A stretch of 32,000 bases of DNA from Candidatus Saccharimonadota bacterium (GCA_041661045.1 JBAZVE010000001.1:150001-182000), one strand, 5' to 3'; positions 23,869 through 31,927 are shown, numbered from the stretch's first letter. Notes: generated by a model not told the origin, from the letters alone. Numbers and translations are program-made.

Positions 23869-25506
23869 CTATTGAGAAAAATCAACGAGGCGGACTTGGA
23901 GGGTTTGGCGGTCCATCCATTCGTTTTTTTCCAGGTGGATGAGGAGTTTTGTGGCTTTCTCGAGAGAGGAAGCGTGGGGGCCGAACTGAAAGGCGATGCC
24001 CTCGAAGTGGGTTTTGCCCATTTTTCCCTCAAATTTGAGGTGTTTGGCATCGCGACCCACGGGGCGAGTACTCAGAATTTCTATGTTTTCCAAGAGAAAT
24101 AATGGGGCCTGATTGCCCACGCCAAAAGGTTCAAATTGCGTGATTCTTTCCCAGGTTTCCAGAGTGAGCTCTTCGGGGTTTAAGGCGAGGTCCACAGAGA
24201 GGGTTCTTTCCAACGGCGTGACTTTGAAAAGTTCGCGAGCGTGCTTGAGCAGGGCTTCTCGGAAGGGTTCGTAGTTTTCTTTTTTGAGGTGGAAGCCGGC
24301 CGCTTGTTCGTGACCACCGAAGGCTTCGAGGTGGGCATCGGCACTTTGAAGGGCCTCCACACAATGAAAACCGGGGAGGCTGCGGGCGCTGCCCACCAAA
24401 GAATCTTCGCGGTCTTCCAAAATAAAGGTGGGTTTGCCGTGTTTTTCCTGAAGGCGCCCGGCCACGAGGCCCACCACCCCGCTGGACCAGGGACCTTTGG
24501 CGATGAGGATGGGCTGGGTGAGATCCAGAGCCGCTTCCGCTTCCTGAATGATGGCGTCCATCATGTCTTGGCGCTGGCGGTTGAGCTGCTCGAGTTTTTG
24601 GCATTTTTCTTGGGCGGAAGCGGCGTCCGCGAGCAGGGCTTGCAAGCTCCAATAGGGACTTTCCAAACGGCCCGAGGCGTTGAGCCGAGGGCCGACTTGA
24701 AAACCAATGGTCTCTGCCGTGAAATTCTTTTCCCAAGCGCCAGCCATTTTTAGAATCGTTTCGAGTCCCGCCCATCGTGTGTTTTTCATTTGCTTGAGCC
24801 CGAGTTTCACCAAGGCTCGGTTTTCACCCGTGAGGGGCACACAATCCGCCACCGTGCCAAGGCTTGCGAGATCTGTGAGTGGAAGGATCCAATCTTCATT
24901 GTTTGTTCTTTTGAGCAAAGCACATGCCAACTTAAAGGCCACCCCACTCCCGGAAAGTTCATTGAAGGGATAGGTTTTGGAAAGTTTGGGATGCAAAATG
25001 GCGAAGGCTTCTGGAATTTGAGGGGGGATGGAATGATGATCGGTGATGATGACTTGCATCCCCCCTGCCTCCGCAAGAGCCACTTCATCTTTGCACGAAA
25101 TGCCCAAATCCACCGTGATGAGGACGGCAACTTTTTCGCGCAGCAGTTCTTCGATGTATTTTTTGTGGAGACCATAGCCATCATCACGACGGTGTGGGAT
25201 ACGGTAAGAAACTTCCGCTCCCAGCATGCGAAGTGTGTGAATGAGCAGGGCCGCGCCGCTGAGTCCGTCTACATCGTAATCCCCGTAAACCACAATGCGT
25301 TCTCGTGCATGGATGGCTTTTTGCAATCGTTCCACCGCCTTCTCCATATCCTCAAATAAAAAAGGATCGTGCAGATCCTCCACCGCGGCGCTTGAGAAAA
25401 AACTTCCGGGATCCTGGATCGTGCGGGAGGCCAAAAGACCGGTCCACAAGGATTCTTTGGGTTTGCGTTCGTAACGAAGTCGCCATTTTTTCCCGAGTAT
25501 ACTCAT
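23869..25506 (-). CDS. recJ: single-stranded-DNA-specific exonuclease RecJ, 545 aa
   Basis: DHH motifs (VVYGDYDVDGLSGAALL, ITVDLGI, ITDHH) and DHHA1 (GGHEQAAGF). Confidence 0.9.
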   Translation of the reverse strand: MSILGKKWRLRYERKPKESLWTGLLASRTIQDPGSFFSSAAVEDLHDPFLFEDMEKAVERLQKAIHARERIVVYGDYDVDGLSGAALLIHTLRMLGAEVSYRIPHRRDDGYGLHKKYIEELLREKVAVLITVDLGISCKDEVALAEAGGMQVIITDHHSIPPQIPEAFAILHPKLSKTYPFNELSGSGVAFKLACALLKRTNNEDWILPLTDLASLGTVADCVPLTGENRALVKLGLKQMKNTRWAGLETILKMAGAWEKNFTAETIGFQVGPRLNASGRLESPYWSLQALLADAASAQEKCQKLEQLNRQRQDMMDAIIQEAEAALDLTQPILIAKGPWSSGVVGLVAGRLQEKHGKPTFILEDREDSLVGSARSLPGFHCVEALQSADAHLEAFGGHEQAAGFHLKKENYEPFREALLKHARELFKVTPLERTLSVDLALNPEELTLETWERITQFEPFGVGNQAPLFLLENIEILSTRPVGRDAKHLKFEGKMGKTHFEGIAFQFGPHASSLEKATKLLIHLEKNEWMDRQTLQVRLVDFSQ

Positions 25507-25874
25507 TTTTCTTTTTTCTTATTTTTGTTCCAAAGGGCCACGGCCTCCTCCGGAGTGCTCGCCGTGTCCTCTCCAAAAACCCAGGTGTGACGAGAGATGA
25601 ATTTTTGAGCCACTTTTTCCATGGCTCCTTCCAAAGTGAATTTCCCTTCTTCCTTTGCAATTTGGCTCATCATGATGAGGGTGAAAAGCACATCCCCCAA
25701 TTCCTCTTCAATGTTTGTGATGTCTTTTTTTTCCACCCCTTCCAAAAGCTCCTGCGCCTCCTCGAGCACTTTTGGCGCCAGAGATTCCAAAGTCTGCTCT
25801 TTATCCCAAGGACATCCGTTTTCGGAGCGGAGTTTTGCAGCGATTTCGACTAAATTTTGAAACTTAAGATGCAT
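25503..25874 (-). CDS. mazG: MazG-type nucleoside triphosphate pyrophosphohydrolase, 123 aa
   Basis: CPWDKEQT ... EEAQELLE ... EELGDVLF EEXX(E/D) motifs. 4-nt overlap with recJ and 11-nt overlap with miaA. Confidence 0.85.
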   Translation of the reverse strand: MHLKFQNLVEIAAKLRSENGCPWDKEQTLESLAPKVLEEAQELLEGVEKKDITNIEEELGDVLFTLIMMSQIAKEEGKFTLEGAMEKVAQKFISRHTWVFGEDTASTPEEAVALWNKNKKKEK

Positions 25875-26811
25875 GGGTCACTTCGTAAAATTCTTCAGGG
25901 GAAATCCAGTATATATCTTCTTCTTTTCTAAACCAAGTGAGTTGTCTTTTTGCAAAATTTCGGGTGTTCATTTTCAGTTCTTCCTTGCAGTCTTCCAAAG
26001 ATTTTTCGCCCAGCAAATAGGGGAAATATTCCTTGTATCCCAGTGCCGCAAAGGCTCGAGATTTGGGATCGTAGCCTTCACTGAGCAAGGTCTTAAGTTC
26101 GTTCAAAAGTCCTTTTTCAATTTGTTCGTCCACGCGTTTATTGATGCGCTCGTACAAAACTTCCCGTGGCCAATCCACCGCCATTTTAAAAACATTGTAG
26201 AGCCGCGGGGCTTTTTCTTGGGCACGAGGTTTTTTTGTTTGCAGCACCACTTCCAAGGCCCGCGCAACAAAGCGCACATTGTTGGGGTGAATTTTACTGG
26301 CGCTCACGGGGTCCAAATCCAGCAGCATATTGTAGAGTCCATCGGCCCCCTTTTTTTGGTATTCCTTTTCGAGCTCCTCCCGAATTTTAAGATCCGGCGG
26401 AGCGATGGGAAGATCGTAATTGTCCACCACGCTGCTGATGTACAAACCGGTGCCCCCGCAAATAATAGGCAGTTTCCCTTTCAACAAAATCTCTCCGATG
26501 GCGTGTGTGGCCTCCCTCTTAAAATCCGCCATGGTGAAGGGTTGATTGATGTCCCGCACATCGATGAGGTGGTGTTTTATTTTTTGTCGTTCCACTGGCG
26601 TAACCTTGTCCGTGCCAATGTCCATTTTTTTATAAACCTGAGCCGAATCCGCGGAGATGATTTCTCCATTAAAATCCTCGGCTATCCTAAGACTGAGGGC
26701 TGTTTTTCCGCTGGCCGTTGGGCCACAAATCACCACCAAAGGTTTTTCTCCCGTTTTTTTAAGCTCGCGCAGAAAAAGTGTGAGATGGTGGTAAAGATCC
26801 GTCATGGCCAA
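25864..26811 (-). CDS. miaA: tRNA dimethylallyltransferase MiaA, 315 aa
   Basis: P-loop GPTASGKT, plus SADSAQVYKKMDIGTDKVT and LAKRQLTWFR-type motifs. Confidence 0.95.
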   Translation of the reverse strand: MAMTDLYHHLTLFLRELKKTGEKPLVVICGPTASGKTALSLRIAEDFNGEIISADSAQVYKKMDIGTDKVTPVERQKIKHHLIDVRDINQPFTMADFKREATHAIGEILLKGKLPIICGGTGLYISSVVDNYDLPIAPPDLKIREELEKEYQKKGADGLYNMLLDLDPVSASKIHPNNVRFVARALEVVLQTKKPRAQEKAPRLYNVFKMAVDWPREVLYERINKRVDEQIEKGLLNELKTLLSEGYDPKSRAFAALGYKEYFPYLLGEKSLEDCKEELKMNTRNFAKRQLTWFRKEEDIYWISPEEFYEVTHAS

Positions 26812-26845
26812 AGTGTAAGACCAAGCGCCCTAGAGGGCAACGGGA

Positions 26846-27064
26846 TTACTTTTGGTCTACCTGTACTGATTGCGCTGGCTCGACATTTTCTGAGGGTGGC
26901 GTTTCAATATTTTCCTGCATTGCTGCTCGAGTCTCAAAAGCTACACATGCCACTGTAGGGGCGCCAGTAAAAACGGTCACGGCGAGTGCCGCAGCAGCCA
27001 GGGGAGAAGTTTTCTTAGTGTTTCCTTCCCTTCCTCTTACTAAAGTTGTTGGAGCGCTGAGCAT
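26846..27064 (-). CDS. possible small secreted or membrane protein, 72 aa
   Basis: Basic N-terminus followed by a hydrophobic stretch (PLAAAALAVTVFTGAPTVACVAF), then an acidic tail. No homology recognised. Confidence 0.35.
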   Translation of the reverse strand: MLSAPTTLVRGREGNTKKTSPLAAAALAVTVFTGAPTVACVAFETRAAMQENIETPPSENVEPAQSVQVDQK

Positions 27065-27073
27065 AAGTATGGT

Positions 27074-27091
27074 GTTAAGTTGTAACTTAAC
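27074..27091. promoter_or_regulatory. 18-bp palindrome, candidate operator or weak hairpin
   Basis: GTTAAGTT-GT-AACTTAAC: two perfect 8-bp arms, 10 nt upstream of the ATG at 27064 and 14 nt downstream of the HNH gene stop. Confidence 0.3.
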
Positions 27092-27104
27092 TGAATCATA
27101 CTAC

Positions 27105-27980
27105 TTAAATTTTATTTGTCAAGCTTTTTAGCCCTACCGCCTCCGTCCTTTTCTGTTGCACTTTCACATTGATCGAATGCGCCAACACATGATGTTCTTT
27201 GCAAAGTGGTGCGAGATAGTGCGGATCGTGGCGGTGGCTCAGGGCAAAGGTTTGCGTGTGGTGGAGTTGTTCCGCTGGTTTTTGGCAGCTGGGGATGGCG
27301 CATTTACTACCGTGTTCTTTTTGTAAAACTTTCTTGGTGCGGGCGGGCACATGTCGGGACTGTTTTTCAGGTAAGTTTGCCACAATAGCCGCCTTTTCTT
27401 CTTCAATCTCTTGCTCCCTTTTGTCCAGTAGTTCCGTAAGGATTTCATTTAAGTTGAGACCTTTTTCTTGCAACTCCAAAAGGCGTGTGGTGACTTTTTC
27501 GTCCAAATTCAAGTGCGCGCGCACAGATTTTACTTCAATTTGTGGCTTAAGAAAGCCATTTAATTTTTGAAATTGCTCATCTCGCACCAAAGTCTCCACG
27601 GCTGCTTGGGGTAAAATCTTCACCGCCTCCGCCAGGTCTTCCTGGTTTTCCACAGTCGCAATGGAGGCCACCCGGGCCAGTTTATTCACGCTCACCTCGC
27701 CTGTTTCCAAAAGATTTTTCAGGGTGGGCACCCCTTCAAACTTTCTCTCTAACTGTAAAACTCTCCTCACTTGCTCTTCGCTGAGCCCTGCCAACTTAAA
27801 AGAAAATTCAAAAACGCTGGAGAAGCCCTTTTTCTCATACAACCGCCGTCTTTGCACTTCCGGCAGCAATCCCATAAATTTCCTTCGCCAAAGGAGGGCG
27901 TTTTTTCCGTAGAAGCGGGCCTTTTCATACAGTTCTTTGTCGGTCATAGTGAGAGGGTTATTGAATCTAAATCCTACCAC
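27105..27980 (-). CDS. HNH endonuclease-domain protein (DUF222-like N-terminal region), 291 aa
   Basis: C-terminal HNH/Cys motif: CAIPSCQKPAEQLHHTQTFALSHRHDPHYLAPLCKEHHVLAHS. The start is either GTG 27980 or ATG 27947. Confidence 0.8.
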   Translation of the reverse strand: MVGFRFNNPLTMTDKELYEKARFYGKNALLWRRKFMGLLPEVQRRRLYEKKGFSSVFEFSFKLAGLSEEQVRRVLQLERKFEGVPTLKNLLETGEVSVNKLARVASIATVENQEDLAEAVKILPQAAVETLVRDEQFQKLNGFLKPQIEVKSVRAHLNLDEKVTTRLLELQEKGLNLNEILTELLDKREQEIEEEKAAIVANLPEKQSRHVPARTKKVLQKEHGSKCAIPSCQKPAEQLHHTQTFALSHRHDPHYLAPLCKEHHVLAHSINVKVQQKRTEAVGLKSLTNKI

Positions 27981-28093
27981 AAAGCCACCCCATTAACAGG
28001 TTTAAACGCTCCTTTCCCCATGACAAAAGCCAGGGTGAGGGTGTAATCACCTTTTCTGCTTCCCAGACCATCCACCCCAATCGACTCGTGAGC

Positions 28094-28122
28094 TTTACAT
28101 AGCGGCGGAGCGGGGGGAAGAT
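28094..28122 (+). promoter_or_regulatory. promoter for the aminotransferase gene (leaderless geometry)
   Basis: TTTACA (28094-28099), N17, GAAGAT (28117-28122), N6 (ggtttt), ATG at 28129. Confidence 0.4.
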
Positions 28123-28128
28123 GGTTTT

Positions 28129-29286
28129 ATGTTGGCTTCTCGTACCCACATTGCCGCTTCTGCCACGGCCATGGTCCATGGCCTGGTTCAAGATCTCAAA
28201 AGACAAGGGCATACGGTTTATAACCTCAGCATTGGCGAACCGAATTTGCCCAATGCACCCGAGATCCAAAATGGGGCGCTGGAGGCGATTGAACGGAATC
28301 AAAATGCTTACCCTCCCAGTCCGGGTTTTGAGGAAGTGCGGGAAACGGCGGCGGCTTGGGTGAATCGGACTTGCGGGACTCGCTTTGCGGCTTCCAATAC
28401 TTTGGTGACTGCCGGAGGAAAATTTGGGATTTTTTTGAGTTTACAAGCACTGGTGGAGGCAGGCGATGAAGTGGTTCTTGTTGCGCCTCACTGGGTCTCC
28501 TACCCTTCCATGATTCAGCTCTTTGATGGAAAGGCTCGGGTGATTCAATCTCACATGGAAAAGGGCTGGAAAATTTCCCCGGAGGAACTAGCGGCGGCCT
28601 GTGGCCCCACGACCAAAGTGGTGATTCTGAACAATGCGTGCAATCCCACCGGTTCCCTCTACACTCGTGAAGAGTTGGCGGCCTTGCTCGCGGTCGTCCC
28701 ACCGCACTGTTGGATACTCGCGGATGAGGTCTACAGCGGACTCTGCTATGACGGCCGCCCTTATGCCTCTTGCGGCCAATTTGAAGAATATGCGGATCGG
28801 TCGATTGTGATTCAAAGTTGCTCCAAAAACTTTGGCATGACGGGTTGGCGACTCGGTTTTGTGTTTGCACCCGCCTCCTTTATAGAGGTGCTCATCAAGT
28901 TGCAGGGGCAAAGCATCACTTCCGCCTCCGGGCTCAGCCAATGGGCGGCCTTAGCGGCGTTGCAAAATGCGGAGCACATTCAACGGAGCGTGCGGGAAGC
29001 CTTGGAAGAACGGCGAAATATTTTTATTGAAGGCTTGAGTGCGCGGTTTTCGCCCTTTCCCAAGCCCGCGGCCACCTTGTATTGTTTCCTCCCCCTCTCC
29101 TACTTTGGCGTTTCACATCAGGATGATATTCGTTTTTGCAAGGAGCTGCTGGAACAAGCGCACATCGCCCTGGTTCCGGGAACGGCTTTTGGCAGTCCGG
29201 GTTTTGTGCGCTGTGCCTTTGGAGAAACGCCGGAACACCTGGTGGCGTGTTTAGACAAACTTCAGGAATATTTTAAAAAATCTTGA
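28129..29286 (+). CDS. class I/II PLP-dependent aminotransferase (aspartate/aromatic type), 385 aa
   Basis: SIGEPNLP N-terminal motif and the PLP-lysine motif SCSKNFGMTGWRLGF. Confidence 0.9.
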   Translation: MLASRTHIAASATAMVHGLVQDLKRQGHTVYNLSIGEPNLPNAPEIQNGALEAIERNQNAYPPSPGFEEVRETAAAWVNRTCGTRFAASNTLVTAGGKFGIFLSLQALVEAGDEVVLVAPHWVSYPSMIQLFDGKARVIQSHMEKGWKISPEELAAACGPTTKVVILNNACNPTGSLYTREELAALLAVVPPHCWILADEVYSGLCYDGRPYASCGQFEEYADRSIVIQSCSKNFGMTGWRLGFVFAPASFIEVLIKLQGQSITSASGLSQWAALAALQNAEHIQRSVREALEERRNIFIEGLSARFSPFPKPAATLYCFLPLSYFGVSHQDDIRFCKELLEQAHIALVPGTAFGSPGFVRCAFGETPEHLVACLDKLQEYFKKS

Positions 29287-29312
29287 CGAAGGCCCTGTCC
29301 AGCGGATACAAT
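29283..29312 (+). promoter_or_regulatory. promoter for the Phe-rich leader ORF
   Basis: TTGACG (29283-29288, overlapping the aminotransferase stop), N18, TACAAT (29307-29312), then 9 nt to the ATG at 29322. Confidence 0.45.
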
Positions 29313-29321
29313 CGGGGCACT

Positions 29322-29396
29322 ATGGTTCACAATTTCTTTTTTAGCAGCTTCTTTTATTTCTTCGCTCCCCAGCGAGGCTGCTACCGTGTGAACTAA
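29322..29396 (+). CDS. candidate leader peptide, 24 aa: MVHNFFFSSFFYFFAPQRGCYRVN
   Basis: Not in the ORF track because it is under 60 aa. It has 7 Phe and 2 Tyr within codons 5-14. It is embedded in mutually exclusive hairpins upstream of an intrinsic terminator. Confidence 0.4.
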   Translation: MVHNFFFSSFFYFFAPQRGCYRVN

Positions 29397-29419
29397 GACC
29401 CCTTTATTTCACCCCAAAG

Positions 29420-29452
29420 CCCTCGCTCCAAAAGCGGGGGATTTTTATTTTT
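29420..29452 (+). terminator. intrinsic terminator (attenuator 3:4 hairpin)
   Basis: CCCTCGCT (29420-29427) pairs with AGCGGGGG (29433-29440): 8 bp including one G:U, 5-nt loop, followed by ATTTTTATTTTT. Confidence 0.7.
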
Positions 29453-29465
29453 AACCTCATGATTT

Positions 29466-29651
29466 ATGTCAGATCACCCATCAGCAGTTCCAGAAGAGAC
29501 TCCTGAAATCCCCGTTGCACCCGGTGTCCCACGCCAACCTGATCCTGTTGAACAACGGGTCGATGAGATTACTCAGATTTGTGCGGCTGTCCGTGGCAGC
29601 ATGGCCCCCACTATTAACCCTGAAAATTGGACGCGAGCTTACCAGTTCTAA
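29466..29651 (+). CDS. possible small hypothetical protein, 61 aa
   Basis: ORF starts 14 nt after the terminator U-tract, and a second terminator follows. An alternative-frame ORF (29515..29772) competes, but it runs through that terminator. No homology recognised. Confidence 0.35.
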   Translation: MSDHPSAVPEETPEIPVAPGVPRQPDPVEQRVDEITQICAAVRGSMAPTINPENWTRAYQF

Positions 29652-29744
29652 CCCCCGTCTTTATGCACCTCAATCATTTTTATTATTTTTATTTCACCGG
29701 CTCTCGGGGCTGCTTTTGACTCGTGCTTTAAAACGACTCACTCA

Positions 29745-29768
29745 GCCTCGAGCAATCGGGGCTTTTTT
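29745..29768 (+). terminator. intrinsic terminator
   Basis: GCCTCGA-GCAA-TCGGGGC: 7 bp including one G:U, with a GNRA loop, followed by TTTTTT. Confidence 0.65.
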
Positions 29769-29788
29769 ATAACTTAAAACCATACCCT

Positions 29789-30067
29789 ATGAATAGGCCA
29801 ACACCCCTTACTACTGACGCAGAACTTATCAGCCAAATAAATGAAGCGAGAAACGCCGGCCACGGGATAAGCACCCTTGCGGATGAAGCGCGGCAAATGG
29901 AACTCCATCAAGTTTCCGATGATTTGGCTCTTTTGCGAGACACCGGGGAAGTATCCCCTCTCCTTACAAGGCTTTTGAAAGATGGAGTCGCCGTGGATTT
30001 GTACGGTCCTCCTCGACAACTGGTTGACATCATCACTGATCTTCGGCTCCAGTTGTCCCGGGCTTAA
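29789..30067 (+). CDS. possible small hypothetical protein, 92 aa
   Basis: ORF lying between the terminator at 29745-29768 and the rplJ promoter. Predicted helical. No homology recognised. Confidence 0.4.
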   Translation: MNRPTPLTTDAELISQINEARNAGHGISTLADEARQMELHQVSDDLALLRDTGEVSPLLTRLLKDGVAVDLYGPPRQLVDIITDLRLQLSRA

Positions 30068-30092
30068 GATTTTGAGTTAACCCAAAAACTGC

Positions 30093-30121
30093 TTTACAAA
30101 AAGGCTTTTACCTTATAGAAT
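30093..30121 (+). promoter_or_regulatory. promoter for rplJ-rplL
   Basis: TTTACA (30093-30098), N17, TAGAAT (30116-30121). Confidence 0.5.
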
Positions 30122-30348
30122 CCTGCTGCGTTCGAAGACCGTAGGCAATTGGAACAGGAGCAGATTGGGCTCCGCCCAATAGAAGTCCTGCGCAGATCAG
30201 CAGGTTTCTCCTTTGGGAGAGGCTCACTCTGAATCTTAAGGAGCCCACCGGGCTCGGCTCAACGCAAGTTGAGATATTTGGTTTAAAACCAAGTGGTCGA
30301 CCTCAACCGTCCAATCAGGCCTTCGGGCCCAACTAATTCTTTGTCACT
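30122..30348 (+). promoter_or_regulatory. long structured 5' leader of rplJ (probable L10-leader-type autoregulatory element)
   Basis: About 225 nt with many local hairpins: ATTGGGC-TCC-GCCCAAT (30164-30180), TCTCC-TTTG-GGAGA (30207-30220), GAGCCC-ACC-GGGCTC (30241-30255), CTCAAC-GCAA-GTTGAG (30258-30273), TTGGTT-TAA-AACCAA (30278-30292) and GGCC-TTCG-GGCC (30318-30329). There is also a long-range pairing, CCTGCTG (30122-30128) with CAGCAGG (30198-30204). Confidence 0.5.
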
Positions 30349-30873
30349 ATGCCAATCACCAGACCTCAAAAAGAAGCTTATCTAGAAGAGCTTCGAGACA
30401 AGTTCGGACGAGCAAAATCAGTGGCATTCGGCCAATACAGCGGAATGACCATGGCTCAACTCTCCAAAATGCGTACAGAAATGCGCGCTGCGGGTGTTGA
30501 ATTTAAGGTTGCAAAACGAACCTTATTCAAAATTGCTGCTAAAGAACAAGGTTTCGAACTCCCAGATGAGCTTATGATGGGAACTGTAGGTGCCGCTTTC
30601 TCTTATGAGGATGGCATCGCAGGTCCCCGCATCATCAAGAAAATGGGTAAAGAGGTGGAAGCCCTCAAACTCATGGGTGGAATTATGGAAGGACAAGTCC
30701 TTTCGGTTGCCCAAATGAAGGAAATCGCCGATCTTCCAAGCAAGCAAGAACTTCTTGCAAAAGTGGTGGGTCTCATGCGAGCTCCTTTGCAAAACTTCTA
30801 CGGAGCTATTCAGTCTCCACTTTCTTCTTTCGCACGAGCCCTTCAAGGCTACGCAGAGAAGAAGCCCGCTTAA
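30349..30873 (+). CDS. rplJ: 50S ribosomal protein L10, 174 aa
   Basis: Family-typical sequence (KEAYLEELRDKFGRAKSVAFGQYSGMTMAQLSKMRTEMRAAGVEFKVAKRTL), directly upstream of rplL. Confidence 0.95.
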   Translation: MPITRPQKEAYLEELRDKFGRAKSVAFGQYSGMTMAQLSKMRTEMRAAGVEFKVAKRTLFKIAAKEQGFELPDELMMGTVGAAFSYEDGIAGPRIIKKMGKEVEALKLMGGIMEGQVLSVAQMKEIADLPSKQELLAKVVGLMRAPLQNFYGAIQSPLSSFARALQGYAEKKPA

Positions 30874-30893
30874 CAATCTAACTTTTTTATATT

Positions 30894-31295
30894 ATGTCAG
30901 ACGAAACCAAAGTAGAGCTTTCCAAAGAGGGAAAGACCCTCATCGAGGCTCTCGAAAAACTCAATGTTGTTGAGCTCAACAATGTTGTTAAATTCATGGA
31001 ACAAGAGTACGGAATTTCCGCTGCTCCTGTTGCCGTAGCCGCTGCCGGAGGAGCAGCTGCAGCTGGCGCTCCTGCCGCTGAAGAAAAATCTTCCTTCAAT
31101 GTTAAACTTGTGGATTCCGGTGCTCAAAAGATCGGAGTGATCAAGGTTGTTCGTGAACTCACCGGACTTGGTCTCAAAGAGGCTAAGGATGTTGTGGACG
31201 CAAACGGAATGGTTATGGAAAATGCTCCTACCGATAAAGCCAACGAAGCTAAAAAGGCTTTGGAAGCTGCCGGAGCTAAGGTTGAATTGCAATAA
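30894..31295 (+). CDS. rplL: 50S ribosomal protein L7/L12, 133 aa
   Basis: N-terminal dimerisation helix, Ala-rich hinge, and C-terminal [24 protein letters not shown]. Confidence 0.95.
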   Translation: MSDETKVELSKEGKTLIEALEKLNVVELNNVVKFMEQEYGISAAPVAVAAAGGAAAAGAPAAEEKSSFNVKLVDSGAQKIGVIKVVRELTGLGLKEAKDVVDANGMVMENAPTDKANEAKKALEAAGAKVELQ

Positions 31296-31323
31296 TTTTG
31301 ATCTTTTAGGCGCTTAGCGCATC

Positions 31324-31399
31324 AAAAGGCCCTCCAAAGCAATGAGCACTTCGTGCGTCATGGCTAGCTCACCTTCGGTGAGTGGGGGGCTTTTTCTTT
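31324..31399. terminator. candidate branched bidirectional terminator between convergent genes
   Basis: AAAA, then GCCCTCC (31329-31335) pairing with GGGGGGC (31384-31390; 7 bp including one G:U). This outer stem encloses two small hairpins (about 31344-31361, and CTCAC-CTTCG-GTGAG at 31368-31382) and is followed by TTTTTCTTT. Confidence 0.4.
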
Positions 31400-31408
31400 A
31401 TTAAAACT

Positions 31409-31927
31409 CTATCTATATCCATACCTGCTAGTCCCAATATATGCTTGGGTGGCCTCAAGACATTTGAATTGGTCTAGTGGGATGGCGCTTAGATTTTGAC
31501 AGTCTTCTTCCCCCGCGTTTTTAGGTTCCATGCACAGGCTTTGGATCGCTAGTGGAAGTACACAGTTGCTATACACTGCTTGTGCGTCTTCATCTACAAC
31601 GGTGGCGGGATTAGCCTCCTGTAATGAGAACCGGTCTGCTGTTCCATCTATTGCTTGGTCTTTAAAAACCCATGTCATGGCATTGCATTCAAAAAAACTG
31701 ACCAGCGCACCATCTTCTAATTTTAGAGCGATACTTTGGGATAGTCCTGGGATCGCTTGACTAGGAGGGGAAAATCTTCCTTCTGACTCCGTTCTCAATA
31801 ATGACACCACACGGTCTGCAATCATTTGACTTGTTGCATCTGAAGCTTTCGGTTTACCTGCATGCGCGCTTGAAGTCATTGTTGCAAGTGCCAGGAGAGA
31901 CACTAAGTTGGGAATGGAGCTTTCCAT
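31409..31927 (-). CDS. hypothetical secreted protein with several cysteines, 172 aa
   Basis: N-terminal signal-like segment (NLVSLLALATMTSSAHA), several Cys residues in the mature part, its own promoter, and orphan-style codon usage. Confidence 0.55.
   Translation of the reverse strand: MESSIPNLVSLLALATMTSSAHAGKPKASDATSQMIADRVVSLLRTESEGRFSPPSQAIPGLSQSIALKLEDGALVSFFECNAMTWVFKDQAIDGTADRFSLQEANPATVVDEDAQAVYSNCVLPLAIQSLCMEPKNAGEEDCQNLSAIPLDQFKCLEATQAYIGTSRYGYR

Noticed and set aside
25873-26958. A 361-aa ORF on the plus strand, fully antisense to miaA and longer than miaA itself.
   Set aside because: miaA has unambiguous family motifs (P-loop GPTASGKT and others). The antisense product is low-complexity (F/H/R/K-rich) with no motif. 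It is explained as a shadow ORF, because the sense gene avoids TTA, CTA and TCA codons.
29515-29772. An 85-aa ORF overlapping the 61-aa ORF in another frame.
   Set aside because: It runs straight through the intrinsic terminator at 29745-29768 and has no start-codon context.
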